Below are positions 20,835-29,942 of a stretch of 64,000 bases of DNA, piece by piece. Both the position numbers and the translations under genes were made by a program. Below the pieces are notes generated by a model. It was not told the DNA's origin. It saw nothing but the letters and a program-made list of their open reading frames with translations, and did not search any database. The DNA is from an uncultured Nitrososphaerota archaeon (GTDB taxonomy: Archaea; Thermoproteota; EX4484-205; JAAOZO01), in contig CAYOYV010000004.1 in the NCBI GenBank assembly GCA_964408285.1, positions 1 to 64,000 of the forward strand, given 5' to 3'. Positions within the stretch are counted from its first letter, which is position 1, and each line of letters opens with the position of its first letter.

Positions 20835-21695
20835 CTAACCACTGAGCTTTGAGATTATCCTAAGTAGGTTTTGGATGCATATGCTCGAAGCATACTCTCC
20901 CATTTCAGAAAAACTGTCTCCGGATGGGAGGACCAACTCCTCTTCCGCCAACCTTTTCGGTCTCCAATGGGTCTCAAGCGAAACATAGCCCTTGTAGTCA
21001 TCGAGCAACAATGCTTTCAACTGGCCTTCTATGTTGACTTCGCCCTCCCCTATCGGCAGCAACTCACTCCTTTCGTCCTTCCTCACTCCATCCTTGAGGT
21101 GTACATGAACGACCTTGTCCCTGAGAAGCTCGTAGCCAAATGGAAAGGGCTGTTCCGTATCTGGATCCATTATGTCATTTCCCGGATCCCATACCGCCCG
21201 AACGGATTCCGAATCCAAGGCGTCAAGGAAAGTGGCTAATTTCCTCGCATTCGTCACGAACGTGGAGGGTTCGTTTTCGATTCCGAGGACCATTCCATAA
21301 TCCTCAATCAGGCGGACAGGGTACTTGAATTTCTCGAGTATCACAGGTAAGTGCTCTTCAAATCCTCCTTTCCTCCAGAAGGTGAATCCCCTTATGATCC
21401 GGCAATCGAGAGCTTTTGCCATCTCAATGCTTTTCTCCAGTATCTTCAGGTTCAGCGCGTACTCTTGTTCGCCAAACAATTCTGCCTTGAAGAACGGCGA
21501 GGCAACGGCCGAAACCTTTAGGTCATTCTCCTCGATTATGCTCCTGATTTGCTTGGTTTTCTCGACGAGCTCTAGGAACTGCAGACCCCAAGCACTCCTT
21601 ATTTCCAGCCCCTGCAACCCATATCTCCTCGCGAATCTCGCAGCCGTCACGAGATCCTGAGAAACTTCATCCGAGATAACCGACAGTCTGAACAT
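20835..21695 (-). CDS. Sugar phosphate isomerase/epimerase (xylose-isomerase-like TIM barrel)
   Basis: ISDEVSQD, GIENE, WDPGN, HVHLKD and SLETH metal ligands. Confidence 0.85.
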   Translation of the reverse strand: MFRLSVISDEVSQDLVTAARFARRYGLQGLEIRSAWGLQFLELVEKTKQIRSIIEENDLKVSAVASPFFKAELFGEQEYALNLKILEKSIEMAKALDCRIIRGFTFWRKGGFEEHLPVILEKFKYPVRLIEDYGMVLGIENEPSTFVTNARKLATFLDALDSESVRAVWDPGNDIMDPDTEQPFPFGYELLRDKVVHVHLKDGVRKDERSELLPIGEGEVNIEGQLKALLLDDYKGYVSLETHWRPKRLAEEELVLPSGDSFSEMGEYASSICIQNLLRIISKLSG

Positions 21696-21863
21696 ACGCT
21701 AACTTTCAAGGAACATCCCTTCTGCCTAATATTGCTTTTCGGTACGGGGCACTTTCCTCTACTGGGGTGATTCAAGGCTCATCGGTTGCCCAGGGGAACC
21801 GCGAACACATGAATCACGAAAGAAATCGCTAAATGAAAGAGAAATATCCCATAGATGTAGTGT

Positions 21864-23042
21864 TTGGCGCGATTGAGAAGGATAATAGTCCTGAGAAACG
21901 CACTGATCATCAACCCTCATTCTGAGACTTATGGAGATATTGAGATAGAGGATGGAATCATCAGAAGAATCGGTCACCTGAGCGATATCAACCATGACGC
22001 AACGGTCGTAGATGTTGGAGGAAGAGCAACGATGCCTGGCTTCATAGATGTCCATGTCCAGGGAGCCGGCGGGTCCGATGTTCTGGATGCCGATCCGGCA
22101 GCGCTGAATACCATATCGCGGGCGTGTGCCAAGTTCGGAGTGACAGGCCTCCTTGCAACAACAATCTACCGGCCGGAGAAGGAGAACAGACATATCTCAA
22201 ACGTCGTAGAATTTTCCAGGAACATGGCGGGAGCCAGAATTCTGGGGATCCACCTCGAGGGGCCGTTCATATCAATCGAACAAAGGCGAATGATTCACGA
22301 ATCGGCGGTGACGACTCCATCAATCGAACTCGTCAGGCATATCATTCAGGAGTGCGGAGGAATGCTGAGAATGATGACAATCGCTCCTGAACTACCAGGA
22401 GCGGACAAGATAATTAACTACCTTTCAGCCAGCTCAATCGTCCCTTCCTTCGGGCATTCATCAGCAACTTATGAGAAATCGATTGAGGCATTTGAGATGG
22501 GCGTCGGTCACGTTACTCATCTTTTCAATGCGATGGAACCAATGCACCATCGTTCTCCAGGTCCCATACCGGCGGTATTCGAATCGAAGACAGTGACGGC
22601 GCAGATAATCTCGGATGGAATACACGTTCATCCAGCCATGGTTCGACTTGCTGCAGACAATCTTGGCGAGGACAGATGCGTCCTGATAACGGACGCCGTA
22701 AGGTCATTAGGGCTTCCAGATGGAGAATACGAGTACGATGGAAGGAAATTCATAGCTTCCGGAGGAGTCGCGAGGTACATAGATGGCACACTGATAGGCA
22801 CAACATTGGGGATGAACGAACTTGGCAGGCGGTTCTTGACGTTCACTGGATGGGGGTTGAAAGCTCTGGCCAAGGCAACTTCCTGGAATCCAGCTAGACT
22901 CCTTGGAATGCACAAGTTGAAGGGAAGCATCGAGGTCGGAAAGCATGGCGACTTGGTAGTGCTTAATCCGGATTTCGAAGTATGGCTGACCATTGTCATG
23001 GGAGACATTGTTTACAGTGGAACCGGAGCAAATGGGCTCTGA
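21864..23042 (+). CDS. nagA: N-acetylglucosamine-6-phosphate deacetylase
   Basis: PGFIDVHVQG, GIHLEGPFI, TIAPE, GHSSAT, THLFNAM, DGIHVHP and LITDA. Confidence 0.93.
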   Translation: MARLRRIIVLRNALIINPHSETYGDIEIEDGIIRRIGHLSDINHDATVVDVGGRATMPGFIDVHVQGAGGSDVLDADPAALNTISRACAKFGVTGLLATTIYRPEKENRHISNVVEFSRNMAGARILGIHLEGPFISIEQRRMIHESAVTTPSIELVRHIIQECGGMLRMMTIAPELPGADKIINYLSASSIVPSFGHSSATYEKSIEAFEMGVGHVTHLFNAMEPMHHRSPGPIPAVFESKTVTAQIISDGIHVHPAMVRLAADNLGEDRCVLITDAVRSLGLPDGEYEYDGRKFIASGGVARYIDGTLIGTTLGMNELGRRFLTFTGWGLKALAKATSWNPARLLGMHKLKGSIEVGKHGDLVVLNPDFEVWLTIVMGDIVYSGTGANGL

Positions 23043-23163
23043 GAAGGTTTTCCCCTACCTCAGGGTCCTTGGACAGCAAGAACTCAGATCAACGAGGTCT
23101 TAGCCTTGTCTATTTCCGTCTGGGAATAACCTAATTTACCCTCGATTACAGGAAATAACAGAG

Positions 23164-23706
23164 ATGGGACAGGAGTTCAGCTCCTACGAGGAGATAGTTC
23201 AGAAAGTGCTTTCAGAATACAACAGAAGCCCAAAGGGCTGGCACGTTCTGCTGACCAAAAGTGAGGGACTGGGCCACAACTTGTACATCTTCGGGCCCGA
23301 GGGAATGACGGCCATGTTGAAGCTAGAGAGCATCTACAGGCCAAATCCAATAGCGATAGGAGTTGAGGTGACAGACGAAATGCATGGCCTGAGGCAGATC
23401 GTCCGAAGGCAAACCCACCCATTTGGGATAAGGCCGATTCCAGACGGCCTAATGGGAAAGGTATTGGACAGCATCAGAAGCGGAGTTCCTCCTCGGGCCG
23501 ATTTAATCGCCAGAATAATGGAGAGTGATCCAGTTTCGCAAGAGGCCATCAAGACGCAAGTGGCAATTCAAGGGCCGATCCTCCATGTCCCAAGCCCCCT
23601 TCCCTTTGAATACGCATCAGCCAAACAAAGGGAATTGGATTCCAAACTACAGAGGGAGTTGCAAAGACTTCTCAACGAAAGATACGGGGACATGTACATT
23701 GGGTAG
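23164..23706 (+). CDS. Hypothetical protein, probably a conserved archaeal family
   Basis: Clean 180-aa ORF with ATG start and helical C-terminus; no motif assigned. Confidence 0.6.
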   Translation: MGQEFSSYEEIVQKVLSEYNRSPKGWHVLLTKSEGLGHNLYIFGPEGMTAMLKLESIYRPNPIAIGVEVTDEMHGLRQIVRRQTHPFGIRPIPDGLMGKVLDSIRSGVPPRADLIARIMESDPVSQEAIKTQVAIQGPILHVPSPLPFEYASAKQRELDSKLQRELQRLLNERYGDMYIG

Positions 23707-23808
23707 TTGACTTCCTAGACCTTATGGCGATCGATTGAACGCACTCCCTACCACACGCGCTTTAGGGATTCCAGACGTCTAGCTATCTATGCAGACAAGG
23801 GTTATGAG

Positions 23809-24822
23809 TCACTCGTGCCAGATCAGTATTACTCCCATAGCTTCGGATCTGTCTTCTAGCAATTGCCGATAAATCGCAGGGGCTTCATCATAGGGCAGGC
23901 GATGAGTTACAAGGGGGCTGATGTCCAGTTCCTTATCTGCGACTAGGTCGAAGAATAACTCGGCATGTCGCCTATTAGTCCAAGGATTGTCTGGAGTCGC
24001 TACTGGCGGATGGGACCTGTTGTGCGCTCCGATTATGGTGTAACTTGGGTAATTACAGAGATCATGAAAATCAAACATGGTTGGTCCTTTAGGACTGCTT
24101 AGAAGTACAAATCTACCTTGGTCTCTCATGCACCTGAATTCCTCGGGAATTATCTTCTGATTACCTGTCACTTCGAAGGCAACGTCAACCATTCTCCCCA
24201 TTGTTTCCCTTTGGACGACAGACCGAACATCCTCTCTCGTGGGATTCAATCCGATTACGGATGGATCCTTAGGCAGCATGCCCAGTCTAGCATCAGCAAT
24301 GTCTATTACGAATACGGGCCTAGCGCCGCATAGTCGACATACCCTTGCAGTGAATTGACCAAGTAATCCGGCTCCGTAGACAGCTACCGACTCCCCCAAC
24401 CGAACATCCGCCCGCCTTACCCCATTCGTGACTATCTCGGCGATCGTGAAGAAGGCCGCCTCATCATCTGAAATCTGATCACTTATTGGAATAAGGGATT
24501 CCATCGGTACGGTCACGAATAGTGCATGGGAGCTGCGAGTCGCCACCCTCTTTCCAATCCAATCTCTATTGACTTCCTCTCCGACGGCAACGACCTCACC
24601 AACGTTGTCATACCCGGGTACGAAGGGGAACCTTGCATATCTGGACCAATAGGACTCCTTTGGGAACTCGCCGCTGAGTATGGTCAACTCTGTCCCGGTG
24701 CTTATGAGTGTTCTTCGAGTTTTGATGAGGACATATCCCTTTTCAGGAAGTGGAATAGTTCGTCTTTCAATCACTACCTTGCCCGGTTCGAGAAAAACAA
24801 CGGTAGGATTATCCTCTTTCAT
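23809..24822 (-). CDS. MDR-family oxidoreductase (ISxGTE subgroup, no structural-Zn cysteines)
   Basis: LISTGTE, PFVPGYDNVG, GAGLLG and EVTG. Confidence 0.82.
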   Translation of the reverse strand: MKEDNPTVVFLEPGKVVIERRTIPLPEKGYVLIKTRRTLISTGTELTILSGEFPKESYWSRYARFPFVPGYDNVGEVVAVGEEVNRDWIGKRVATRSSHALFVTVPMESLIPISDQISDDEAAFFTIAEIVTNGVRRADVRLGESVAVYGAGLLGQFTARVCRLCGARPVFVIDIADARLGMLPKDPSVIGLNPTREDVRSVVQRETMGRMVDVAFEVTGNQKIIPEEFRCMRDQGRFVLLSSPKGPTMFDFHDLCNYPSYTIIGAHNRSHPPVATPDNPWTNRRHAELFFDLVADKELDISPLVTHRLPYDEAPAIYRQLLEDRSEAMGVILIWHE

Positions 24823-25040
24823 CGGCCATTTCGAGTAACGACAATAATATATGCGTTAAGGACACAATAACTGATCTTCCGATTACCGCGAAACGTTACC
24901 TTCGAGTGAATTGTTGATGGCCTCCCTTCAATCTCTCAATGTGTGTTATCGCTAGAAGGGATTTCGCTCAATAGTGTCGCGAACAAATATGTTACAAAGC
25001 TTAAATGCAATACAAAGTCCTATTGCGGGCATCCCTGAGA

Positions 25041-26054
25041 ATGCCCACGAGCATCGTATCAGTCACAAAGGATAATCCCCTAGCTGAAATGGTGGCCAGA
25101 TCCCTGGAGGCAGTGAAGTTCAGCAAGATACTGGAAAAGAGAGGAGGAGAATCGGTGATTGTCAAGCCGAACTTCGCAGACGTCGGTAGAATCGCCCCAT
25201 TGGACTACAAACCCGATATCGCCGGAGGAAAAGGCCAGAGGGCAGTTGGGCTTCCTAGGAGGGGTGACCAGACCAGCACTGAAATCCTAGAGGCTATTGT
25301 GAAAACTCTTAGGGACTATTCGGGAGTGAGAGAAATCGTCATAGCGGAAGCATCCGCAACTCCAACATGGAAGGCATATTTCATGTACGGAATCTATGAC
25401 CTAGCCCAGAGACATCACGTAAGGCTCGTGGATCTGAATAATGATGAAGCAGAGGCTGTCTCTCCTCCCGGCGCGCAAGTGCTGAAAACAGTGTTCACAC
25501 CCAGGACGATAGCAAAGGCAAACATCGTAATATCGGTGCCCGTTCTGAAAATCTGGCGTGCATGCGGAGTCTCGATCAGTCTGAAGAACATGGCCGGCGG
25601 AACAGTGCCGAGATACTATGCTCCCCAAATCTGCAGGTTCATTCAATGGTCTGACAGACCGATCTTCAACCCTGACACAGAATATGGGCAATCGAAGACC
25701 CTGGCTGCGGGCATAGTAGACATAGCGTCGATGAATCGCGCTCACATTTCTATCGTTGATGCTCTGACGGTGATGCACAATGCCCATCCCGGGAAGGAAT
25801 TTTCATTCAGGTACGAGGATGTAAAGGTCGAGGATTTCGGTGGCATTATTTCAGGGAGTGACATGGTTGCCACAGACGCGGTTGGAGCGGAACTCATGGG
25901 TTTCGATGCTAAGAGGATACTCCACCTAAATGTTGCCAAGGAAAGAGGGCTCGGTACAAACGATATGAGCGAAATAGAAGTAACTGGCATTAACCTGGAT
26001 TCAGTGAAGATGAAATGCACCCCCATGGCTGGCATGGAAGAAATAGTCAAGTAG
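25041..26054 (+). CDS. DUF362 domain protein
   Basis: VIVKPN, IAEAS, LVDLN, ISVPVLK, SLKNM, IVDA, DMVATDAVG and GLG motifs; start approximate. Confidence 0.82.
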   Translation: MPTSIVSVTKDNPLAEMVARSLEAVKFSKILEKRGGESVIVKPNFADVGRIAPLDYKPDIAGGKGQRAVGLPRRGDQTSTEILEAIVKTLRDYSGVREIVIAEASATPTWKAYFMYGIYDLAQRHHVRLVDLNNDEAEAVSPPGAQVLKTVFTPRTIAKANIVISVPVLKIWRACGVSISLKNMAGGTVPRYYAPQICRFIQWSDRPIFNPDTEYGQSKTLAAGIVDIASMNRAHISIVDALTVMHNAHPGKEFSFRYEDVKVEDFGGIISGSDMVATDAVGAELMGFDAKRILHLNVAKERGLGTNDMSEIEVTGINLDSVKMKCTPMAGMEEIVK

Positions 26055-26117
26055 AAGGGGTGTTCTCATCTAGCGAGCGACCATGAACGCTTAATATCGT
26101 CAGTTACATATGTATGG

Positions 26118-27440
26118 TTGATGAAGCAGGTCGTTGGTGTCTACACCGGCTCTGCCGATATTCTTCAACAACAATGGAAAGCGGTTGAATACCTCAAAGA
26201 CGAGATCGGTCTGAATCTGATAATACTAGGAATGGGGCCGGCGGGTGACAGGTGGAGTCCAAGTCCGGAGGTGGCGGCCAAGGCTCCTTTCAAATTATCA
26301 GTTTCCCAAGAAAAGGATGGGTTGAATGACTTTCTGGCTCAGGCCCACAGAAGAGATCTGGATGTGTGGATCTGCATTTCTCTCTATGCCGAAATGGACT
26401 CTGGGCCGAATTACGCAGACCTCATGTTCAGGGATCTAGAGGGGAACGTTTTCAGTCCGGTTTCTCAGTACGGATCGGGCTGGGCGTGGTCGTGGTGTCC
26501 AAGCAAGGAAAGCATAAGGGCATACAATGAAGCTTTGCTTTACGATCTCGCTAAGAGGTACGACGTTGATGGATTCACCCTAACTCATCAAAGATATTCG
26601 CCGATTGGGCACAACATCAGCAATCTCTTCGGATGTGGGTGCAATGAGTGCGAAAGGGAGGCTTCCAAGCTCGGATATGATTTCGGGAGCATGAGGAACA
26701 GCATGCTAGGGTTATTACGGAAGCTCAAGAAAATTGACAGAAATAAGCTCTCGGTGATGACCGAATTGAGTCCAGGCTTTCTAGACTTCTTCTACTATCT
26801 AGGTGCAGATCAGGGTCTATTGGACTGGCTCAACTTCAGATGCGACTTGATCCAAAGCGGAATGAAAAGATACTACGAGGCGGCCAGAAGGGCACGGGAC
26901 AACCTCGCAGTGGGCTCGGACAACTTCCCCGCCTCCTTCTCGATGATAAGCGGACATAGGTACAGGGATTTCGAGGATAATGCCGACTTCCTTAGCCCTT
27001 TGCTTTCCCACATCGTGATATTCTGTTTGTTCAATTTCATGGAACTCGCGACCAAGATAAAGGAATGGAACCAGGGGATTTCTGAGGAACAAGTGCTCCA
27101 ATGCACCTATAGGGCATTTGGCTACGATAAGTTCAACCTGCCATCCACTTTATCTGCGCTCTTGGAGCATCCAAGGCTTCCCAGTAGCGATTACAGTGAG
27201 ACCAAACTCCCACTTGGGGAAATAGTGGGGGATGAGATATTGAAGGCAAAGTCATTCGTTTCTGGAAAGAAGCCGATGTACGGCATATTCGCTGCTCACT
27301 CCAAACTGAATCCAGTAGACGTGGAGAAGAGAGCACTCGGAATGAAACGCGCGAACGTTGATGGCATAATCCTCCAAGTTGGCCCGTTGCCAGGACCTAT
27401 TGACAACATCGCGGCAATAAAGCGTGTATTCCACAGATAG
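26118..27440 (+). CDS. Uncharacterised TIM-barrel, glycoside-hydrolase-like protein (GHL10/GH42-like)
   Basis: WCPS..IRAY..DLAKRYDVDGFTLTHQRY..GCGCNEC; DWLNFRCD. Confidence 0.55.
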   Translation: MMKQVVGVYTGSADILQQQWKAVEYLKDEIGLNLIILGMGPAGDRWSPSPEVAAKAPFKLSVSQEKDGLNDFLAQAHRRDLDVWICISLYAEMDSGPNYADLMFRDLEGNVFSPVSQYGSGWAWSWCPSKESIRAYNEALLYDLAKRYDVDGFTLTHQRYSPIGHNISNLFGCGCNECEREASKLGYDFGSMRNSMLGLLRKLKKIDRNKLSVMTELSPGFLDFFYYLGADQGLLDWLNFRCDLIQSGMKRYYEAARRARDNLAVGSDNFPASFSMISGHRYRDFEDNADFLSPLLSHIVIFCLFNFMELATKIKEWNQGISEEQVLQCTYRAFGYDKFNLPSTLSALLEHPRLPSSDYSETKLPLGEIVGDEILKAKSFVSGKKPMYGIFAAHSKLNPVDVEKRALGMKRANVDGIILQVGPLPGPIDNIAAIKRVFHR

Positions 27441-27511
27441 TCCCAACACCAGCATAGTTACTGCTCGGTCGTCGAGCACCGATCAATGAACTCCTTGGTC
27501 TTTCCTTAGGA

Positions 27512-28507
27512 TCACTTCTTGAGAACTTCCCCGAACGCCTTTCCCAATATATCCCAAACTTTGTCAGGCTCAGGTGCGGAAAGCACGGTCCATTTCCCCG
27601 CCCTATATGTCCATGAGAAGATAGAATCCACTCCCTTCTCAGCGTATAGGTGAACCAAAGTTCTTATGAATTCCAAGTCATCTGGAGAACTGTGGTAACT
27701 CATTATCCATCTCTGCGACCCCTTGCCATGTTTCTTGGCTATCTCAACGGTCTTCTCAGCCACACGTTCATAGTCCTTCAAAGGTCTCCCGTAACCCATT
27801 ATCGAGGTCGAGAAGATGTCAAACTCCCTAGTTCGAGCTACTTTTTCCCAGTTGCCGTAGCCATGCCATGGATCGACTGTCGGTAGTACACATGCCGTTA
27901 TCCTCAGCTTGGGATTGACTTCCTTGGCAACAACTGAGGCTTCCTTTAGGACTTCCAGTGCTCTATCCTCCCTGAACGTCCTAACTTCTTCCGTCAGGAG
28001 CTTCGGCATATCATGGCCATATTCCTTCTTGAACAGATCCTGACAGAACTGGCACCTGCACGACCAATCCGGGGGTCCGGACGCATAATGAGGCTCATCC
28101 CAGAAGAAGCCGTCTGCCTCCGTCTCCTCAGCCAACCTTCGGACCCATCCATGGAAGTATTTCCTGAACGATGGACTGTTGAAACAGGCGGCGACCAGAG
28201 GCTCTCCGGTTAGGGCACCAACTTGCCTGTTCGCGGTGTTGTTCTGAAGAAATACGCTGGTTTGTTCTCCTCCGAAGAACTTTCCAATGCCCCAGAGGTC
28301 AAGGTCGACGGTTAACCCAAGCTTCTTTGCCCTTTTTATGATCTGCAACAAGCTTGGATACCAGAATTCTAGGTCGAATTCCATGATCGCGAGAAGAACT
28401 GCGTTGCAGTTGTGAGACACCATCTCACGAAGGTGATCCTCAGCATGTTCAGGATATGTCAATCCATAGAGACTTACCCCTGTCTCCTTTACGGTCATTT
28501 GACTCAT
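27512..28507 (-). CDS. Uncharacterised TIM-barrel, glycoside-hydrolase-like protein
   Basis: ACFNSPSFR, DGFFWDEPHY..SCRCQFCQDLFKKEYG and IFSWTY. Confidence 0.6.
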   Translation of the reverse strand: MSQMTVKETGVSLYGLTYPEHAEDHLREMVSHNCNAVLLAIMEFDLEFWYPSLLQIIKRAKKLGLTVDLDLWGIGKFFGGEQTSVFLQNNTANRQVGALTGEPLVAACFNSPSFRKYFHGWVRRLAEETEADGFFWDEPHYASGPPDWSCRCQFCQDLFKKEYGHDMPKLLTEEVRTFREDRALEVLKEASVVAKEVNPKLRITACVLPTVDPWHGYGNWEKVARTREFDIFSTSIMGYGRPLKDYERVAEKTVEIAKKHGKGSQRWIMSYHSSPDDLEFIRTLVHLYAEKGVDSIFSWTYRAGKWTVLSAPEPDKVWDILGKAFGEVLKK

Positions 28508-28617
28508 ATCGTAGTCAGAGGAGGACTTATAGCTCTTGCAGTTCCAGATCTGCCTCGGAGCCCTTTTGGATGAAGCGATATAAAGACAGGCGAGGCATTT
28601 CCCGTCGTGGTGTTCGG

Positions 28618-29370
28618 ATGAGTGAAGGTAAGGAATACCTCAAAACTGTGTGTTCGTTGCTGCAGAGGATAGAAGAGGAGCAAACTGGAAACATCAGGAA
28701 AGCCGCGGAGGCAATTTCCAAATCCATCTCCGAGGGAAACCTCATACATGTCTATGCTGGAGGCGGACACACTTGGTTACCCGTCGCAGAGATGTTCTAT
28801 AGGGCTGGAGGACTAGCTTGCATCGACCCCTTTATGGACTACGGTCTGTCTCCCTTCAATCAAGCACTCCATTACATGCAATTCGAACGTCTTCCCGGAT
28901 ATGGAAGAGCTGTCATAGACTACTACAATCCAGGGAAAGGCGAGGTCGTGATATTCATACACAACATTGGGGTGAATCCTGCTACAATAGACGCCGCTCT
29001 GGCCTGCAAGGAGAGAGGCCTCACACTAATAGCCATATCGTCCAGCGAATGGCAGAAGAAGGTTCCAAAGGATCATTACATACGACATCCAAGCGGCAAG
29101 AATCTTTTCGAAATCGCTGATATCTGCATAGACGACAACAACCCATTCGGCGACGCCATCATTACCGTACCCGGCATGGATACGCCAATAGCACCCGTGT
29201 CGAATGTCATTGACTTCTACATCGTACATAGACTTGAGATCGAAGTGGCCAAGAAACTCGTGGAGATGGGAATCGAGCCTCCATTCTGGAAGAGCGCAAA
29301 CATACCCGGAGGAGACGAATATAACAGGAAGTACATAGAGAAGTACATGGGCAAGGTAAAATATCTGTAA
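28618..29370 (+). CDS. SIS-domain sugar isomerase family protein
   Basis: GGGHT..EMFYRAGGLA, HPSGKNL, IDDNNPFGDA and WKSANIPGGD; start ATG 28618. Confidence 0.85.
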   Translation: MSEGKEYLKTVCSLLQRIEEEQTGNIRKAAEAISKSISEGNLIHVYAGGGHTWLPVAEMFYRAGGLACIDPFMDYGLSPFNQALHYMQFERLPGYGRAVIDYYNPGKGEVVIFIHNIGVNPATIDAALACKERGLTLIAISSSEWQKKVPKDHYIRHPSGKNLFEIADICIDDNNPFGDAIITVPGMDTPIAPVSNVIDFYIVHRLEIEVAKKLVEMGIEPPFWKSANIPGGDEYNRKYIEKYMGKVKYL

Positions 29371-29477
29371 CAGAAACCTGAGAGACAGAAAATCGCTAAA
29401 GCCTCGTCTACGTGAATAGGTTGGGGGAACTAGAAATTAACGCAGATCGCTGGAAAAGCATGGATGTGTATTGCCTA

Positions 29478-29924
29478 TCAGAGGGGTTCGGCCCTCACGA
29501 TTGAAAGAGATCTATCAGGCGATGAGGAGCATGGGAACGACTTGATTACTTCCATCACTTTCATCCTCTGTTGACTCCCCAAGTCAAGCGGTTCGCATAA
29601 CTCGATAAAAGGGCAATCTCCTTTGAGGCAATTCCTAGAGCTGTACTCTGTTATTGCTCCCTCTTTAGCCAATCTTGAATCAATGGCAATGGTCACTATT
29701 GGTCTGCTTATCTCCACGCTCTCGATCTCGAGATCTCTAAGTTTACAGTAGTTCCTTGCATTTCTTCTCTCAAGCACTTCGAAGAGCATACCCGGGTAAA
29801 GAGAACCGTGGCATATCTCTCGAACGGAGCATTTTGTGCATTCTTCGAACTCTCCTACATATCGCCAGACCTTGCTGGACTTTGCAGAAGCCGGATCCAG
29901 TAAGGTAAACATTCTACCAGGCAT
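29478..29924 (-). CDS. UPF0179-family protein
   Basis: CTKC..C, C and CxxxxC..C cysteine pattern; located just downstream of egsA as is usual. Confidence 0.7.
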   Translation of the reverse strand: MPGRMFTLLDPASAKSSKVWRYVGEFEECTKCSVREICHGSLYPGMLFEVLERRNARNYCKLRDLEIESVEISRPIVTIAIDSRLAKEGAITEYSSRNCLKGDCPFIELCEPLDLGSQQRMKVMEVIKSFPCSSSPDRSLSIVRAEPL

Positions 29925-29942
29925 CTTGCAGTGCCTCCAGCA

